A stretch of DNA of 64,000 nt, taken from the NCBI RefSeq assembly GCF_021028975.2, contig NC_059426.1, positions 142,228,001 to 142,292,000 on the forward strand. The letters are read 5' to 3'. The notes under the pieces are model-generated. The model made no database searches. It was not told where the DNA came from and worked only from the letters and a program-made list of their open reading frames with translations. Both the position numbers and the translations under genes were made by a program. How positions within the stretch are numbered: the first letter of the stretch is position 1; the number at the start of each line of letters is the position of its first letter. This DNA is from Sphaerodactylus townsendi. Taxonomy: Eukaryota. Below are positions 37,603-49,751 of this stretch, piece after piece.

Positions 37603-38055
37603 TGTAGTCGACCCACGTGGTCAGCGTAAGAACGAGACGAGACGCGGAGATAACATCTGGTGGAGATCGCCAGCAGCGGGAGCCCGGAGGTCCGTGTTCC
37701 TAGCGAGTCTCCCGCGTGCTCGCTCCTGGCACCTTTTATTGTTATTTTATCGGGGGCGTGTAGGAGGGAGGACCGGGGGGAGTTCCGGGAGAGCGGGAGG
37801 CGGGAGGTCGGGAGATCATCATGTGATGCATGATCTCACCTGGCTACGTGCGGAGAGGAGCGTAAGCGTCTGAGCCTAATCCTCACCTGGGGGCAAGACC
37901 ATTGTCCCTGCGCCCGGTGACTGAGCCAGACAGTTCATGACCCGTGACTCATAGGGGGATGAGGAGTGGGGGTGCGGTGCGACCAGAAAGCCGTAGGTCC
38001 GTTGGCATCCCAACGTTCTACCACGGTGCTGCTGGGTCAGCAGTGCATTACTACA
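37603..38055 (-). repeat. 5' LTR of provirus
   Basis: Direct repeat of 31752-32229; adjacent to the PBS; contains AATAAA and an AP-1 (TGAGTCA) site on the minus strand. Confidence 0.95.
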
Positions 38056-38287
38056 GTTAACATTGGTTATTGTTTCTTTGTTCAAGTCACTGGAATGCTG
38101 CATTTAGACTTCTGATTCTATTTCTGTCATCTTTTACTTTTGCTTCTCATCTGACATTAGCAATTTTAAGGATGTCATCAGTCATCCATTGAGGCTTTAA
38201 TTTCTTTTTGCTACAGGAATAATCTTTGTGCATTCTTCTATAGTAATATCTCTGGTTTCAACCTATAGTTTTCTAGGTGCTATTCAC

Positions 38288-38749
38288 TGTAGGGGTGAGC
38301 CCGCGAACCCAGCAGAACCATAGACAGAGCGCCTGGAATGCCGGTGCCAGCTACGGCCTTCTGGGCGCACACGCTCCCCCAACCCCCGCTCCCCCGTGAG
38401 TCACGGGTCATGAACTGCCTGACTCGCGGTCACCAGGTGTCCCATACAAAGGGACAAAAGGGCCCCTGCCCTCAGGTGAGGATTAGACCCAGACGCGGAT
38501 GCTTCCTCCTGCACGTAGCAGCCCGATGAGATCATACATGATGATCTCCTGTTCTCCCGACCTCCCACTCTCCCGCCTGTCCGACCCCTTTACACGCCCC
38601 TAATGAAACCCTAATAAAAGGTGCAAGGGATGAGCACACGGCAGAGTTGCCAGGATCACGGGATCCCGCGCTTCCTGCTACTGGCTCTCTCCACCAGATG
38701 ATATCTCCGCATCTCGTCTCTTCCTTGCGGCGTCGCGGGCACGACTTCA
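38288..38749 (+). mobile_element. Solo LTR of a related ERV subfamily, opposite orientation to the provirus
   Basis: TG...CA ends; 6-bp TSD ATTCAC (38282-38287, 38750-38755); shares blocks with the proviral LTR (ccaccagatg.tatctccgc.tctcgtctc, tcacgggtcatgaactg, caggtgaggattag, aataaaaggtgc). Confidence 0.9.
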
Positions 38750-38872
38750 ATTCACTTTAAGTTAGTAATCGGATCTGTTCTTTATATGGTCTTCAAACTC
38801 TTTAGGAATATTGTTTAGTTTATATTTTGGCATTATGAACATTTTGTTATTTTTCTTAAGATTTATTCTATA

Positions 38873-39395
38873 GGCCCACTCTGCATGGCCCAATAAACAC
38901 AGGTTTAAAATGGTTTTAAAAAACCATTTTGAGGGGAAACTTCGCACAGATCCTGCCCATAAAATGAGTCTGCCCTGTGTTATTTTCCCCAAACCGAATT
39001 TTTTTAGACACACGCTATTCTCGAGTCTTTTGAAAAATCCCGGGTTGCAGCCACTTGTGAGTGAACAGCCAGGAAGGAGGTGTTTTATCTGCCTCCATTT
39101 CCCTTTTTAAAAGATTTCTTGGCTTACATCTGCGTGACCGCACAGGTGCAGATGGTTGTATTGTGAAACTTCAGCATGGCTGTGGGGGTTCATTTGTGCA
39201 AGCCTGTGTAGCTACGCATTGGTGGGAAGTAAATTTTAAAAAGACGCATTTCCGTGCAAAGGCGCAACAGCAACCTGTATTGTTTCTGTGGGCTCCAATC
39301 GAAGCCTATACAGATGCATTGCCATGCAAAAACAGGAAAACGGGTTACTTTATCCCGACTACAACCCACTGTACATTTGCTGTGCGGAAGGGGCC
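38873..39395. mobile_element. Non-autonomous DNA element with GGCCC termini (PIF/Harbinger-like) inside the RTE LINE
   Basis: Imperfect inverted ends related to the MITE at 63795; the RTE reading stops at its left end. Confidence 0.5.
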
Positions 39396-41711
39396 CTAAC
39401 CATTCATGGACTGTACTACATTTAGCTTCTGGTGTTTTTAGCAGAGCGGCTAGAGTGTCTTTATCTTCTGCTTCTAATTATGTAATCTATTTGACTTGTA
39501 TATTGACCATCCAGAGGTATTCATGTATACAGTCATCTGTTTGGTTGAAACATGTTTGCAATGAACAACTTCATGGAATTTTATGAGTCACTTTCTTGCT
39601 TCATTTCATGCTTTTCCCCCACATTTTCTAACAATGTCTAATTTTACTTTGTTTCCCATTTTTGCATTCCAGCCACCTATGATTATATTTGTTTTAAGTG
39701 TGTGATCAGTTTCTTATCAGCATCAGTAGTTGGAGCTTAAACATGAATGATAGTTATGTTGATAGGATACTTGTGAAGTCTGAATGAGGTTATTCAATCA
39801 GGCTTTGCATTTATAGCCCCTAACTGGCTGTGCTATATTTCTCCTCGCTATTAGAGCAACTCCATTTCTTCTATGCTTGTCATTTCCTGAGTAAAACACT
39901 TTGTAATTTTCTATGCTGCAATTGTCCTAATCCAGTTTAGCTCATTCACTCTCAGCCTTGCAGTATTTAAACTGTCCTTTCTTGATTTACAATCTCATGT
40001 TTAGCCTGATTCATACTTGTCACATTCCATGTTCCTATTATGTGTGTCAAACAGCTTTGGACCTTCCCTTTGTTTCCATTCACATCAACAACTGAACATC
40101 CTTTTGGCTGTAATCCAGTTGCATCATTAAAAATAGCGCTATTCATCGTTGTCCTCAGCTGTTCCCCAGTAACTGATTGAGTGCTATCCAACCTGGGGGC
40201 TCCATCTTCCTGCACGATATCTTTTTTCATTTTAGATTGTCTCAGCATAAGTTTTAAGGTATGAAATGATCAGAAGTGGTTTTCATTGCCACCTTCTGTG
40301 CGATACTAATCAGGGTTAGCTGCAGTGGTACTGCTGTTGTCTATGAAATATCCTCTGCCAGTGTCACTTACTACTGCTGCTGCTGTCCAGTAGCTTCCCC
40401 TCAAAGATTCCCCATTACCATTGGAACCAGTGGCGTAGCGCCAAGGGGACGGGGGGTGCACGCGATGCACCGGGAGTGCACTGGTGTGGGGGTGTGGCAG
40501 GGGTGCATGGCGAACACATGCCCCAGGTTTCCCCTCACTCCGGCCCTGATTGTTCTCTTTTGCTCATGTGGCTGTTGATTCCTGAAGGGGGTGCTTCCAC
40601 ATTAGTTTAGTGTCTCAGCTGTGACCATTCCACCTCCACTAGGAGTTTATTATTTATTTTATTTCATTTATATCCCGCCCTATTCCCGGAGGGCTCAGGG
40701 AGAGTTACAACATAAAACTTAAAACAATTAGTTGAACTTTAAAATGCAACATTCAAATATAAGCAATTAAAACCAGTTAAATAACAGTACTGAGCGCCAA
40801 CACTGATAAAAAAATCTATGGCAATAAATGAATCTTTCCAACCTTTAGCCTCTTGTCAGAGTATAAATTCCTAAAGGTTTTGCTCTCAGATTTGATGGTG
40901 CAAAAAATCCCCTTTTCACGTTAAGGTGTGTGTTGTAATAAGGTAGAATATAAATATTTGAAATAAATAGCCCAGGCCTTTGTAAGTATGAAAGGCATAT
41001 TTAATTGAGTTCTACTACAGCGTGCAGAACATGTCCTGTGTGTTTATATGTAAAGAATGGATTGTTGAAGTTGTCCTTCAGAATAGTACTTCAAAATAGT
41101 GCTTATCTCGCAGGTTTTTTTTTTAAAAAAAATACTATTCCACACAATTGATATAAAAATAAGCACACAAATATCTGTTAATTCCTATGAAACAAAAAAT
41201 GCAATTAACATTGAGAGTCTCTGAACCTGTTACAATGTATTGTGAAAGACTGCTATGTTTTCTTTAAGATGTCACAAAATAATTCATGTACATTATATCC
41301 CTCACATCTTTTTCTACAACTACAAGCCTCCGCCTAATTAACATCTTCTCCACAAGTTCAAAGTAATCAGGATTCACATCCTTTAACAGAGCCAAAATAG
41401 ACAGCAAGCCTTTTTTTGAGCTTTAATTACACAAAAATGCGTCATTCAAAATTGATTTGCACTGAACAAAAGTATCACTAGTCCATTCTGTTTCAATCCA
41501 GATTGCAACAAAAGATTCTGAATTTTCGCCATTTGCTCATATAATGTTGTGCAAGAGACATCTGAAATTATATAGGATAGTAGCAAAATCTCTATCTGAA
41601 AGACAATTTGTCCTGACATAGTAGATGGAATTACAATTTCAATTTGCTCCTTATGAGATTAAAATGCTTCTCTTCTATACAGATTGTACTGTCACTTCAA
41701 ATGGGAGTAAG

Positions 41712-42333
41712 CAGGACTGGATTAAGATCTTTAGAAGCACTAAGCACTGAAAATATTATGGTACCCCCCCATGTACTGTATGTGTAATTCAAAATAAAAA
41801 CCATGGTAAACCATCATTTGTATGAAACAAAACACCTGTTATTCCAGTGCTTTCTTGCCTTGGAGATACATAGTATTTTATCTTACACGAATCAAAGATG
41901 CAAAATGTTTATACTGTTGCTTACTTATAATTTTCTTTATACTACAAAAAGTTTTCTCCTGCATTTTTGAATTGCAAATTCTTTGATCATATCCTCAAAA
42001 TTAATCTGCCATAACAAATCTGCTTCAATGCTTTGCAGAGAAAAGGAGGGGAAAAACTCTATGGGACCCTCTTTACTTGAGACCCTAAGCCAGGGGTAGG
42101 GAACCTGCGGCTCTCCAGATGTTCAGGAACTACAATTCCCATCAGCCCCTACCAGCATGGCCAATTTCAATTTGCTCCTTATGAGATTAAAATGCTTCTC
42201 TTCTATACATCTATACAGATGTACATCTATACATCTATACAGATCTGCTTCAATGCTTTGAAGAGAGAGCCGCAGGTTCCCTACCCCTGCCCTAAGCACA
42301 TGCTTATTTTGCTTAATGGTTAATCTAGGGCTG
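41712..42333 (-). mobile_element. hAT deletion derivative with transposase C-terminal (dimerisation-domain) remnant; hosts a nested MITE
   Basis: TSD GGAGTAAG; imperfect CAG...GATTAA TIRs; minus-strand SLQSIEADLLWQINFEDMIKEFAIQKCRRK (~41953-42040). Confidence 0.75.
42091..42289. mobile_element. hAT MITE with rearranged interior
   Basis: TIR CAGGGGTAGGGAACCTGCGGCTCTC; TSD CCCTAAGC; same family as 45967-46114. Confidence 0.85.
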
Positions 42334-42554
42334 GGAGTAAGCCACTGCTGGCTCTTTCTGCTTTGACCCAATATAGGAGGACATTTTTCCATATCCCAAT
42401 AAGCAGAGCTTTTAAAAAGAAGGCTCTGTCAAATTTATCTTCCTGTGTATGTACACTTGCCCACAGTTCTTTCCTTCAAATCTCTCAGGAGGAACAGCAA
42501 AAAATACTGCTGAATCCATAGCACTAGTTCAGCTCTTGTGATCAAGAGCACACC

Positions 42555-43238
42555 CAGTGGGGGGATTCTAATTTTTTAACAACTGATTCAGGGGGGGCCC
42601 CGCCATGTGCCTCCTGCCGCATGCCACTGCCGCCCACCTACCTGGCTGCAGTGCTCCCCTTTTCCATGTTGGGCTGGGGGGAGACAAGAGAAGGCTGCGC
42701 CTTGGCCTGAAGGGCCCGCGTGCCTGGGCTGGAGGCTGGAGCCCTGCTGGAGGTTGGCCAGGCCTCCTGGCTGCGCCGCAGTGGCCTTCTTGGGTTACGG
42801 CAGTGGCTGGGAGGCCTGGGCAGCCTCCATGGGAAGGAAGGAAGCCCCAGCCACCCCCCTCCCAAAGGCTTGCGTCCGGCTGCTCGCCGACCAGAAGGCC
42901 AAAGCCTGGCGCCGTGGCGCTTTTGGCTGGCGGCTGGGGCTTTCTCCAGCACAAGAGTCCTTGCCTCGTCCCCCAGCCAGCCAGGCAACCTCCTTATGGG
43001 GAGGAAACCCCAGCAAACTCCCAGCCAAAGACCTTGGCCTTTGGGCTGGCGGGCAGCCGGGTGCGAGCCTCAGGGGTGCGGCTGGGGCTTCCTCCCCCGA
43101 GTTGAGGATTCCTGTGCTCCTTCTAAGGGCAGGTGCTGCAGGGCCTCTTTGCTGTAGGAGTACCGGTTTGGCGAACTAGCTACAAATTTAGCTACCGGTT
43201 CTAGTGAACCGGTCTGAACCAGCTGAATCCCACCTCTG
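42555..43238. mobile_element. hAT non-autonomous element with GC-rich interior
   Basis: TIR CAG(T/A)GG(G/T)GGGATTC related to 1614-1805; TSD (A/G)GCACACC. Confidence 0.75.
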
Positions 43239-44170
43239 GGCACACCCAACAGCAGTAAAAGGCCAGCATGAGTCCACTCCACTACCAGGATTAGATTTTT
43301 AAATGCTATTTAGCCCTACAAGAGAGGGAACTTCAAAATCCGTTTGAAAACAAGCTGCAATGCATGTAAAAATAGATGATCTGGTAAAGTATTTGTTGTA
43401 AATAGTGCTGGATTTATCATTTTCTAGCTGGGTAATTCCAGGACATTTTATTTTTCATAGGTGGGAAAAAGTAATATATGAAAGAATGCATGTTCCTTGG
43501 AACTTGAGTCAAATTGCTATTTCTTTGCTTCAGTTTACCTTGGATAGAGCCTGGCAGTGTTTACATGCTTGAAAACTTTCAAGCAAGGGCTTGCAAAGAG
43601 CATCATAAATAAAGATGCTGGGAATTTCCCTTTCTGAAGACCTAACAGGTTTGCTTTTAGACTTCATCTAATTAAACACAGCCTGCAGCACAACTTGCAG
43701 TGGACTAATCAAAATACAGGAAAAGCAGATCTGAAGAAGGCTAGTTGGAACCTGCACTTACAAAGAGACTAAACTGATACAGACGTATGGGTTTACTAGC
43801 TGAACCTGCCCATTAGCAGATAGCAAACCACTTTGTTGGTGTTTTATTTTATTTCGGACATTCACTGGGATTCGGAATGGGACGATGCTGGAAAGATAGC
43901 TACTCACTGTACCCAAGTCATGTGCATCTCAAAAGGTAGTATTAATAAGCTGGTGAAGTATGTATCTAGTTATCACAATCCCCCTAAAAGGGTAGAGAGT
44001 TCCTTTTATTATTAGTTGTTATTAAATTTGTATTCCGCCCCCCCTCAATTAAGGTCAAGCTCAGGGCAGCACACATTTTAAAGCAATTTACTATTACATA
44101 AAATAACCTATTTGTCATTAAAGACATACTACTGAATTCAAGATGGCGAACAAACTAGCTCATGTTAGCC

Positions 44171-44597
44171 CAGTGGTAGCAAACCTATGGCATGGGTGCC
44201 AGAGGTGGCACTCAGAGCCCTCTCTGTGGGCACGCGTGCACAGAGTTTGTCATGTGGGGGGGAAATCACCCCCCCCACACACACACACATCTAGGCTGGC
44301 CTGGGCCGCTGGACTTGATGTGCGTGCACCCCAGCAAGCAGGGAAACTGGCTGGCCTGGTGCCTGTGCTCCAGATGGCTGCTGCCTGGGGCAGGGTGGGG
44401 GGTGGGGTGGGCAGAGGCTGCAAAGATGCTAGAGAGGCACAGAGTGGTGCATGTGGGACTTACTGGAGGCTACAGCAGGCTGGCCCCTGCTCGAGGGGGT
44501 TATTCAGGTTAAATTGCTGCATTGGCACTTTGCGATAAATAAGTGGGTTTTGGGTTGCAATTTGGGCACTCGGTCTCGAAAAGGTTCACCATCACTG
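44171..44597. mobile_element. hAT non-autonomous element
   Basis: Same termini as 30983-31389; TSD TGTTAGCC. Confidence 0.85.
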
Positions 44598-44649
44598 TGT
44601 TAGCCCATCTGGCCCAGCTTGGTATGAATTCTCCTAACACAGTATGAAC

Positions 44650-45150
44650 ATGGGCCAGGACCTCACCTACACTACTGTGTTCAGTTCTGGGCAATTTAAG
44701 AAGGATATTGACAAGCTGGAATGTATCCAGAGGAGGGCAACCAAAATGGTAAAAGGTCTGGAATCCATGAAGAGAGGTTTAGGGAGCTGGGGATGTTTAG
44801 TCTGGAGAAGCAAAGGTTAAGGGGAGACAGTATAGCTTTGTTTAAATATTTGAAGGGATGTCATGCCAAAGAGAAAGCAAGCTTGTTTTTCTGTCTCAGA
44901 GACTACAACACGGAGCAATGGATTCAAAGTGCAGGAAAAGGGATTCCACCTAAACATTAGGAAGAACTTTGTCAGGGCTGTTAGACAGTGGAATTCACTG
45001 CCTTGGAGAGTGGTGGAGTCTCTTTCTTCAGAGGTTTTTAAACAGTGGCTGGATGATCATATGTCAGGAGTGTTTTGCTTGTGTGTTCCTGCATGGCAGG
45101 GGGTTGGACTTGATGGCAATTGTGGTCTCTTCCAATTCTATGATTTCTAA
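44650..45150 (+). mobile_element. CR1 LINE 3' fragment
   Basis: ELGMFSLEKQRLRGD..LFKYLKG (CR1 ORF2 tail) and the CR1 3' end ttccaattctatgatt. Confidence 0.85.
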
Positions 45151-45966
45151 CTCAGGAGGGGGAAGAATGTGTATCATGTGTCAGGCAAACCTTCTTGATA
45201 TCAAACCCATGGTAGTGGGGGTGGGGGTGAACTCGACTTCCGGTCAGAATCAGCTGTATGTCCTCTGTGATAGCAAAAGAACACAGCAGATGGTTTTCAG
45301 GGCTGGGGGGGGGGGGTACGCCAAACCTGACTTGTCAGCTCCAGACAGTGACTTAAGATTACCCACTGAGCTCCAGAAGGTGACTCCTTGAGGAGACGGT
45401 GAATCAGAGGATTCATCTGATCCAAGGCTGGGAATCACCCACTCAGGGTGTTGTCCTCCCAAAGGAGAATAGTTCTGCGCATGCTGAGGGGAAAGAGCGC
45501 TCTAGGAAGCTAGAAAGTTCTCTCCTGGCAGGCTTGCATAGTACCAAATGTGTGCCTGTGCAGAAAATTGAAGATGAACTACTAGCAGTTCACTAGCTAC
45601 ATTAGCTATTACAAACTGGCTTGTACATCGTTTAGAAGATGTAGGAAAAGATAAAACCATCAAGACTAGTATTTATTTTTAAGGTTTTATATGTTGCATA
45701 CTTTGTAGCCTGAAGTGATGTAGACGCAATAAGTTGCTTAAGTCACAGATGCATGAAGGATGATTAAGTGAATTAAGGTAAAAGAATTTGAGAAAGATTG
45801 AGACACACCATTCTAAAGGATTTTTTTTATTCCCAAAAAAACATTTATTGAGGAAAAAAGTGACAAATCCCCAAACTGATGGTTGCAGATAAATCTGTAC
45901 AGGTTTTCAACGCCTGTTCTACTTGGCAGTAATTATACCACAAGAGTTAGGAGCAAAGCTCTAGAT

Positions 45967-46114
45967 CAGGGGTAGGGAACCTGCGGCTCTCCAGATGTTC
46001 AGGAACTACAATTCCCATCAGCCTCTGTCAGCATGGCCAATTGGCCATGCTGGCAGGGGCTGATGGGAATTGTAGTTCCTGAACATCTGGAGAGCCGCAG
46101 GTTCCCTACCCCTG
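45967..46114. mobile_element. Near-perfect palindromic hAT MITE
   Basis: ~74-bp arms around ggccaattggcc; TSD (C/A)TCTAGAT. Confidence 0.88.
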
Positions 46115-46337
46115 ATCTAGATCAAGGTACACCAATGAAGCTAAGCCAAAACAGTCTCATTTCACCTTCAAAGTCATCATTTCTGATGGGCAACAGAGGG
46201 ACAAACTGAAGAGAAAGGTTAATGATACCACTCCAAAACAAGACTTCCCCCCACTCCCTCTTAAGGTACTGCAGATTTGCAACAGGATCCAAATAACAAA
46301 GTTATCTTTGTGTTTTATGCAGCACAATCCTCTAGCC

Positions 46338-46485
46338 CAGGGGTCTGCAACCTGCAGCTCTCCAGATGTTCATGGACTACAATTCCCATCAGCCCCTGCC
46401 ATCATGGCCAATTGGTCATGGTGGCAGGGGCTGATGATAATCATAGTCCATGAACATCTGGAGAGCCGCAGGTTGCAGACCCCTG
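46338..46485. mobile_element. Palindromic hAT MITE
   Basis: Fold-back; TSD CTCTAGCC. Confidence 0.85.
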
Positions 46486-48458
46486 CTCTAGCCTCACTAT
46501 TATTGCTATTAGTTTGTTTTTTAAAAATATATTGAAACAGCTTCCAAATGTTCCAAAAGATTAAAAAGTGATGGGCCTTGGAATATGACTTTAAAAGCCA
46601 TAGCAGACATTTGCAAACAAAATTAACAGCACTGAGGACTGATTAACACATTACAAAGGTATTGGCTAAAAAGCTTCCAAGGCACATTCCTGATTCATGA
46701 CTGTGGTGCACAGCGAAAGGGAATTCTTAACCTGAAATGTCCTTGGGGAGACTGTAATGGCCCTATTGAGAAAACGTACGTGTACCCACATTGCCCCAAC
46801 AGGGCAAACAGCAGCTTCCTGGAACCAATTCAGGTGGGAAAAATTGCACTGGGGAAAGGATTAAGCACCTTTTCCCCATACATCTTAGCCCCCCTCCAAA
46901 TAAGACCTACGAATACGTGTACAACATGGAATTCCAGAAATAATTTTTGTAGCATTTGAATCATCCATGGTTTTAGAAAAGGGAAGTAACATCAGAAGTT
47001 TCAAGGTTTAGCAACACAGGTGTTACTTTCTATATTGAATCTCCTTGAGCAACACAAATCTGAAATGAGCCAGGGAGGACCTTTTCTTACATTCTTACCT
47101 CTTTTGCTCTTGAATATTTAAGATCAAAACAAGAAATGAATGTTTCCAAAAACAAGAAGCGACTTTTGGCAGGGTGAGAAGGGAATGATGCAACTAACGT
47201 TCTTGGTTGTATAATTCCAGTTATCTGGGGGAAGGGTAGATATTTGTTAGTCTTACGATACGAAACAGAATTCAGAAGTGGCCTGTTCAGCAGCACGACA
47301 TGTGGCTGGCAATTTAGAAAAGCTTCATCTTGCCAACAACCATACAACATTTTAACAGAATGACCCCTGTTTAACTAGCAGGGTAAATTGTGTGGGGCCA
47401 ACAGAATCTCTGTGCCTCTGCTATCAGATTTGTAAGATGTTGTGATAAACTGTAGTTTCACAGCAAAATTATACATAGTCTATCCAACTGTCTTGTATGG
47501 CTGCCAGTAAGCACTATGTTACCTGTCTGTAACTTGATTTAAATCTTTTTACAATACATTTTTGTAACTGACCACATAGCAGTCTTATTCCTACTTCTAG
47601 CAGATTTTAAATTAGCTTTACAGCAGGGAGTTGTCATCTCCCCCAACCATTCCCCAGAACAGGGTTAAACCTGAGCCTGCATTTCAAGTATGCATCTGGC
47701 AGATGCTTCTGACCATTAAAGGAAGAGTCTTCCAGTGTCCAAGGTTCTTTCAATAGCCGTTGTACCATTTCGGAACAAGAAAAGTATTTCCCCCAAAGAA
47801 TGAGAACAAGAGCCTGAGAAGTCTATTTACCAAGGTTTTTCTTCCGTGCTCTAAGCATTATGATCCATTTATTCTTCTCAGTTAACGGCCCTTCCTGCCT
47901 CAAATAGAAATATCAAATACCCTGACAACCAATAGTTTCTTCCACTTCATCTCCTTGTCAGAAGTGTAGCTACTGAACATCTGCAGCAAGATTTATTGCA
48001 CTGAAGGGTTGGTTCCCCATGTGAGATCTCAGCCATTCCCTTCAAAAACTCTGTGTGGTAACTGATGGACAGCTTGCAAGCATAACAATTTCAGCGTGTT
48101 CAAGAGGCTTAGAAAACCAGTTTGGTGACTTATTGGAAGAGGTCACCTAACTTCAACGCTAAGGGAGAGAAAAGACAGCGCAAACGTCAACTGTCACCAT
48201 CTCCAAGAAGGTTTTATTTCATCCTTGCAAAACAGTCCCTTAAAAACACAACTCCCCCTCCCTCTCAACTGTGTCGAATAATAGTTCAGAAACATCTTTG
48301 TTATTTTGTGTGCTGAATTTCCCTCTCTTCCCTTCTGGGCCAGTTCCTACAAGAAAGATTCATTTGGCAGGTCAACTCTGAAGTGGCTCTGAACAGTCAT
48401 TGGTGGGTCTCTGCGTTGTTCTGCTGGGGTTTCAAAGACGAGACACTTCCTTCTCCCC

Positions 48459-48580
48459 TTACTCAATCAGCTTCTTGGCCTTGAAGAAGCGACGCAGATA
48501 GAAGACCTGCCAGGTGGCCAGTCCAATGAGGCAGAACATTGAGAAAATGCTGAAGTACAATACCCGGATGTTTGTTGACT
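48459..48580 (-). CDS. TMED10: TMED10 (p24 delta/TMP21) last coding exon
   Basis: [39 protein letters not shown]: TM helix plus FF/dilysine tail; AG acceptor at 48581-48582. Confidence 0.96.
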
Positions 48581-49436
48581 CTGAAACAGAGCAAAAACCA
48601 AAACCAGAAACTAATTACTTGAAAGAAACATCAAGAATCACAAGCCCTTTCACCTCCATCCGACAGATGGGTCTAGTACTTCTTGAACTGAAACACTGAG
48701 GTAAGAACTATCAGACACCCAAAAAAGTGGCAGCAAATAATGAAGGTTAATATAGCCCTTGAGCAGCATGGACAAGAGCAAATCTAGGAAGGTCTTGCTT
48801 TCAATCAACAAAATCTGCAGGTCAAAATCCTGGCTCCGCCAGCTAATGCAGGAATGCTTACAAAATGAGCTTCAGATGAGCAGCCTCTCTGTCTTTTCTG
48901 CATCGCCCTCATGGCACGCAACTCTATTATGCAATTCCCACTGCCACTGTCATGCATGCGCCTCTTGCCCTTCACAACACTCAGAGGGAGCAACCCCTGC
49001 TCAATTTTACCAATAGTACTCAAGCACAGCAAAAATACATTATTCAAGTGAACATATTGACATGATTTGCTATTTTGCCTAGTTTATGTCAAATACAGAA
49101 TTTGAGTTCTCTTGTATAATCAGGTTACTTGTGTGAAGTAAGAGGACATCATAATTCTACTGAGAACACAGAGAAAGAACTGAGTAGGCTGCAAGGGGTC
49201 AGAGAGAACGTGTCAGGACTGATCAGCATAGCAGCCAAGTTATATAAAATATTTAAAGTAGTGAAATGTCAGCAACTACACAAAAAAGTTGAAAGCTGAT
49301 GCATTCAGAGGGAGGTGGAATTTTCCTCTCATCTGGATAACAGACCTAACATCAGGTTTGCATTCTGATATCAGTTCCTGGATACGGAACAGCAGCTCCG
49401 GTATGATCCCCAACTGGGATGCACACGAGTACTTAC

Positions 49437-49563
49437 CATTGGTGTCCCGCATCTCCTCCTCACGCTGCTTCATGTAGGCAAAGTCATTCACAATAGACTC
49501 TGAAAGATCTTCCAGGCGCCGTAGCTCCAGTTCCAGAGGCTTCAGCTTTTCCACTTTAGCAAT
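49437..49563 (-). CDS. TMED10: TMED10 penultimate exon
   Basis: [42 protein letters not shown]; AG/GT flanks. Confidence 0.96.
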
Positions 49564-49616
49564 CTGGCAAAGAAAGAGACTATGAACTGTGGCATGAAAA
49601 GAGAAGAGACCCACTG

Positions 49617-49751
49617 AACAGATGTCAAATTCACGGCCCTCCAGATGTTATGGACTACAGTTCCCATCATCCCCTGCCAGCATGATGCTGGCAAGGGATG
49701 ATGGGACCTCTAGTCCATAACATCTGGAGGGCCGCGAGTTTGACACCTATG
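49617..49751. mobile_element. Palindromic MITE (related hAT family)
   Basis: Fold-back gtcaaa.tc.cggccctccagatgttatggact arms. Confidence 0.7.

Larger units (their letters stand above)
31752..38055 (-). mobile_element. Endogenous retrovirus provirus, class II/betaretrovirus-like, pol-deficient (LTR-gag-dut-pro-X-env-LTR), 6304 bp
   Basis: Two direct LTRs with TGTAGT...ACTACA ends; 6-bp TSD GTTAAC (31746-31751 and 38056-38061); tRNA-Phe PBS; PPT; gag, pro and env motifs. Confidence 0.95.
31610..40330 (-). mobile_element. Old RTE/BovB-like LINE, interrupted by the provirus, solo LTR and a MITE
   Basis: IIGTWNVTSMNQAK (APE endonuclease N-terminus, ~40000-40045); PKYKLNNIPKEFEDHIKNR and KPQWMTDDILKIA continue across the insertions. 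Confidence 0.75.

Noticed and set aside
42568-43179. Several 100-190-aa ORFs and CpG-island-like composition
   Set aside because: Interior of a TIR/TSD-bounded element; low-complexity translations open in many frames
45820-45850. TMED10 poly(A) signals (two AATAAA on the minus strand)
   Set aside because: Plausible, but several other AATAAA lie nearer the stop codon, so it cannot be assigned without 3'-end data
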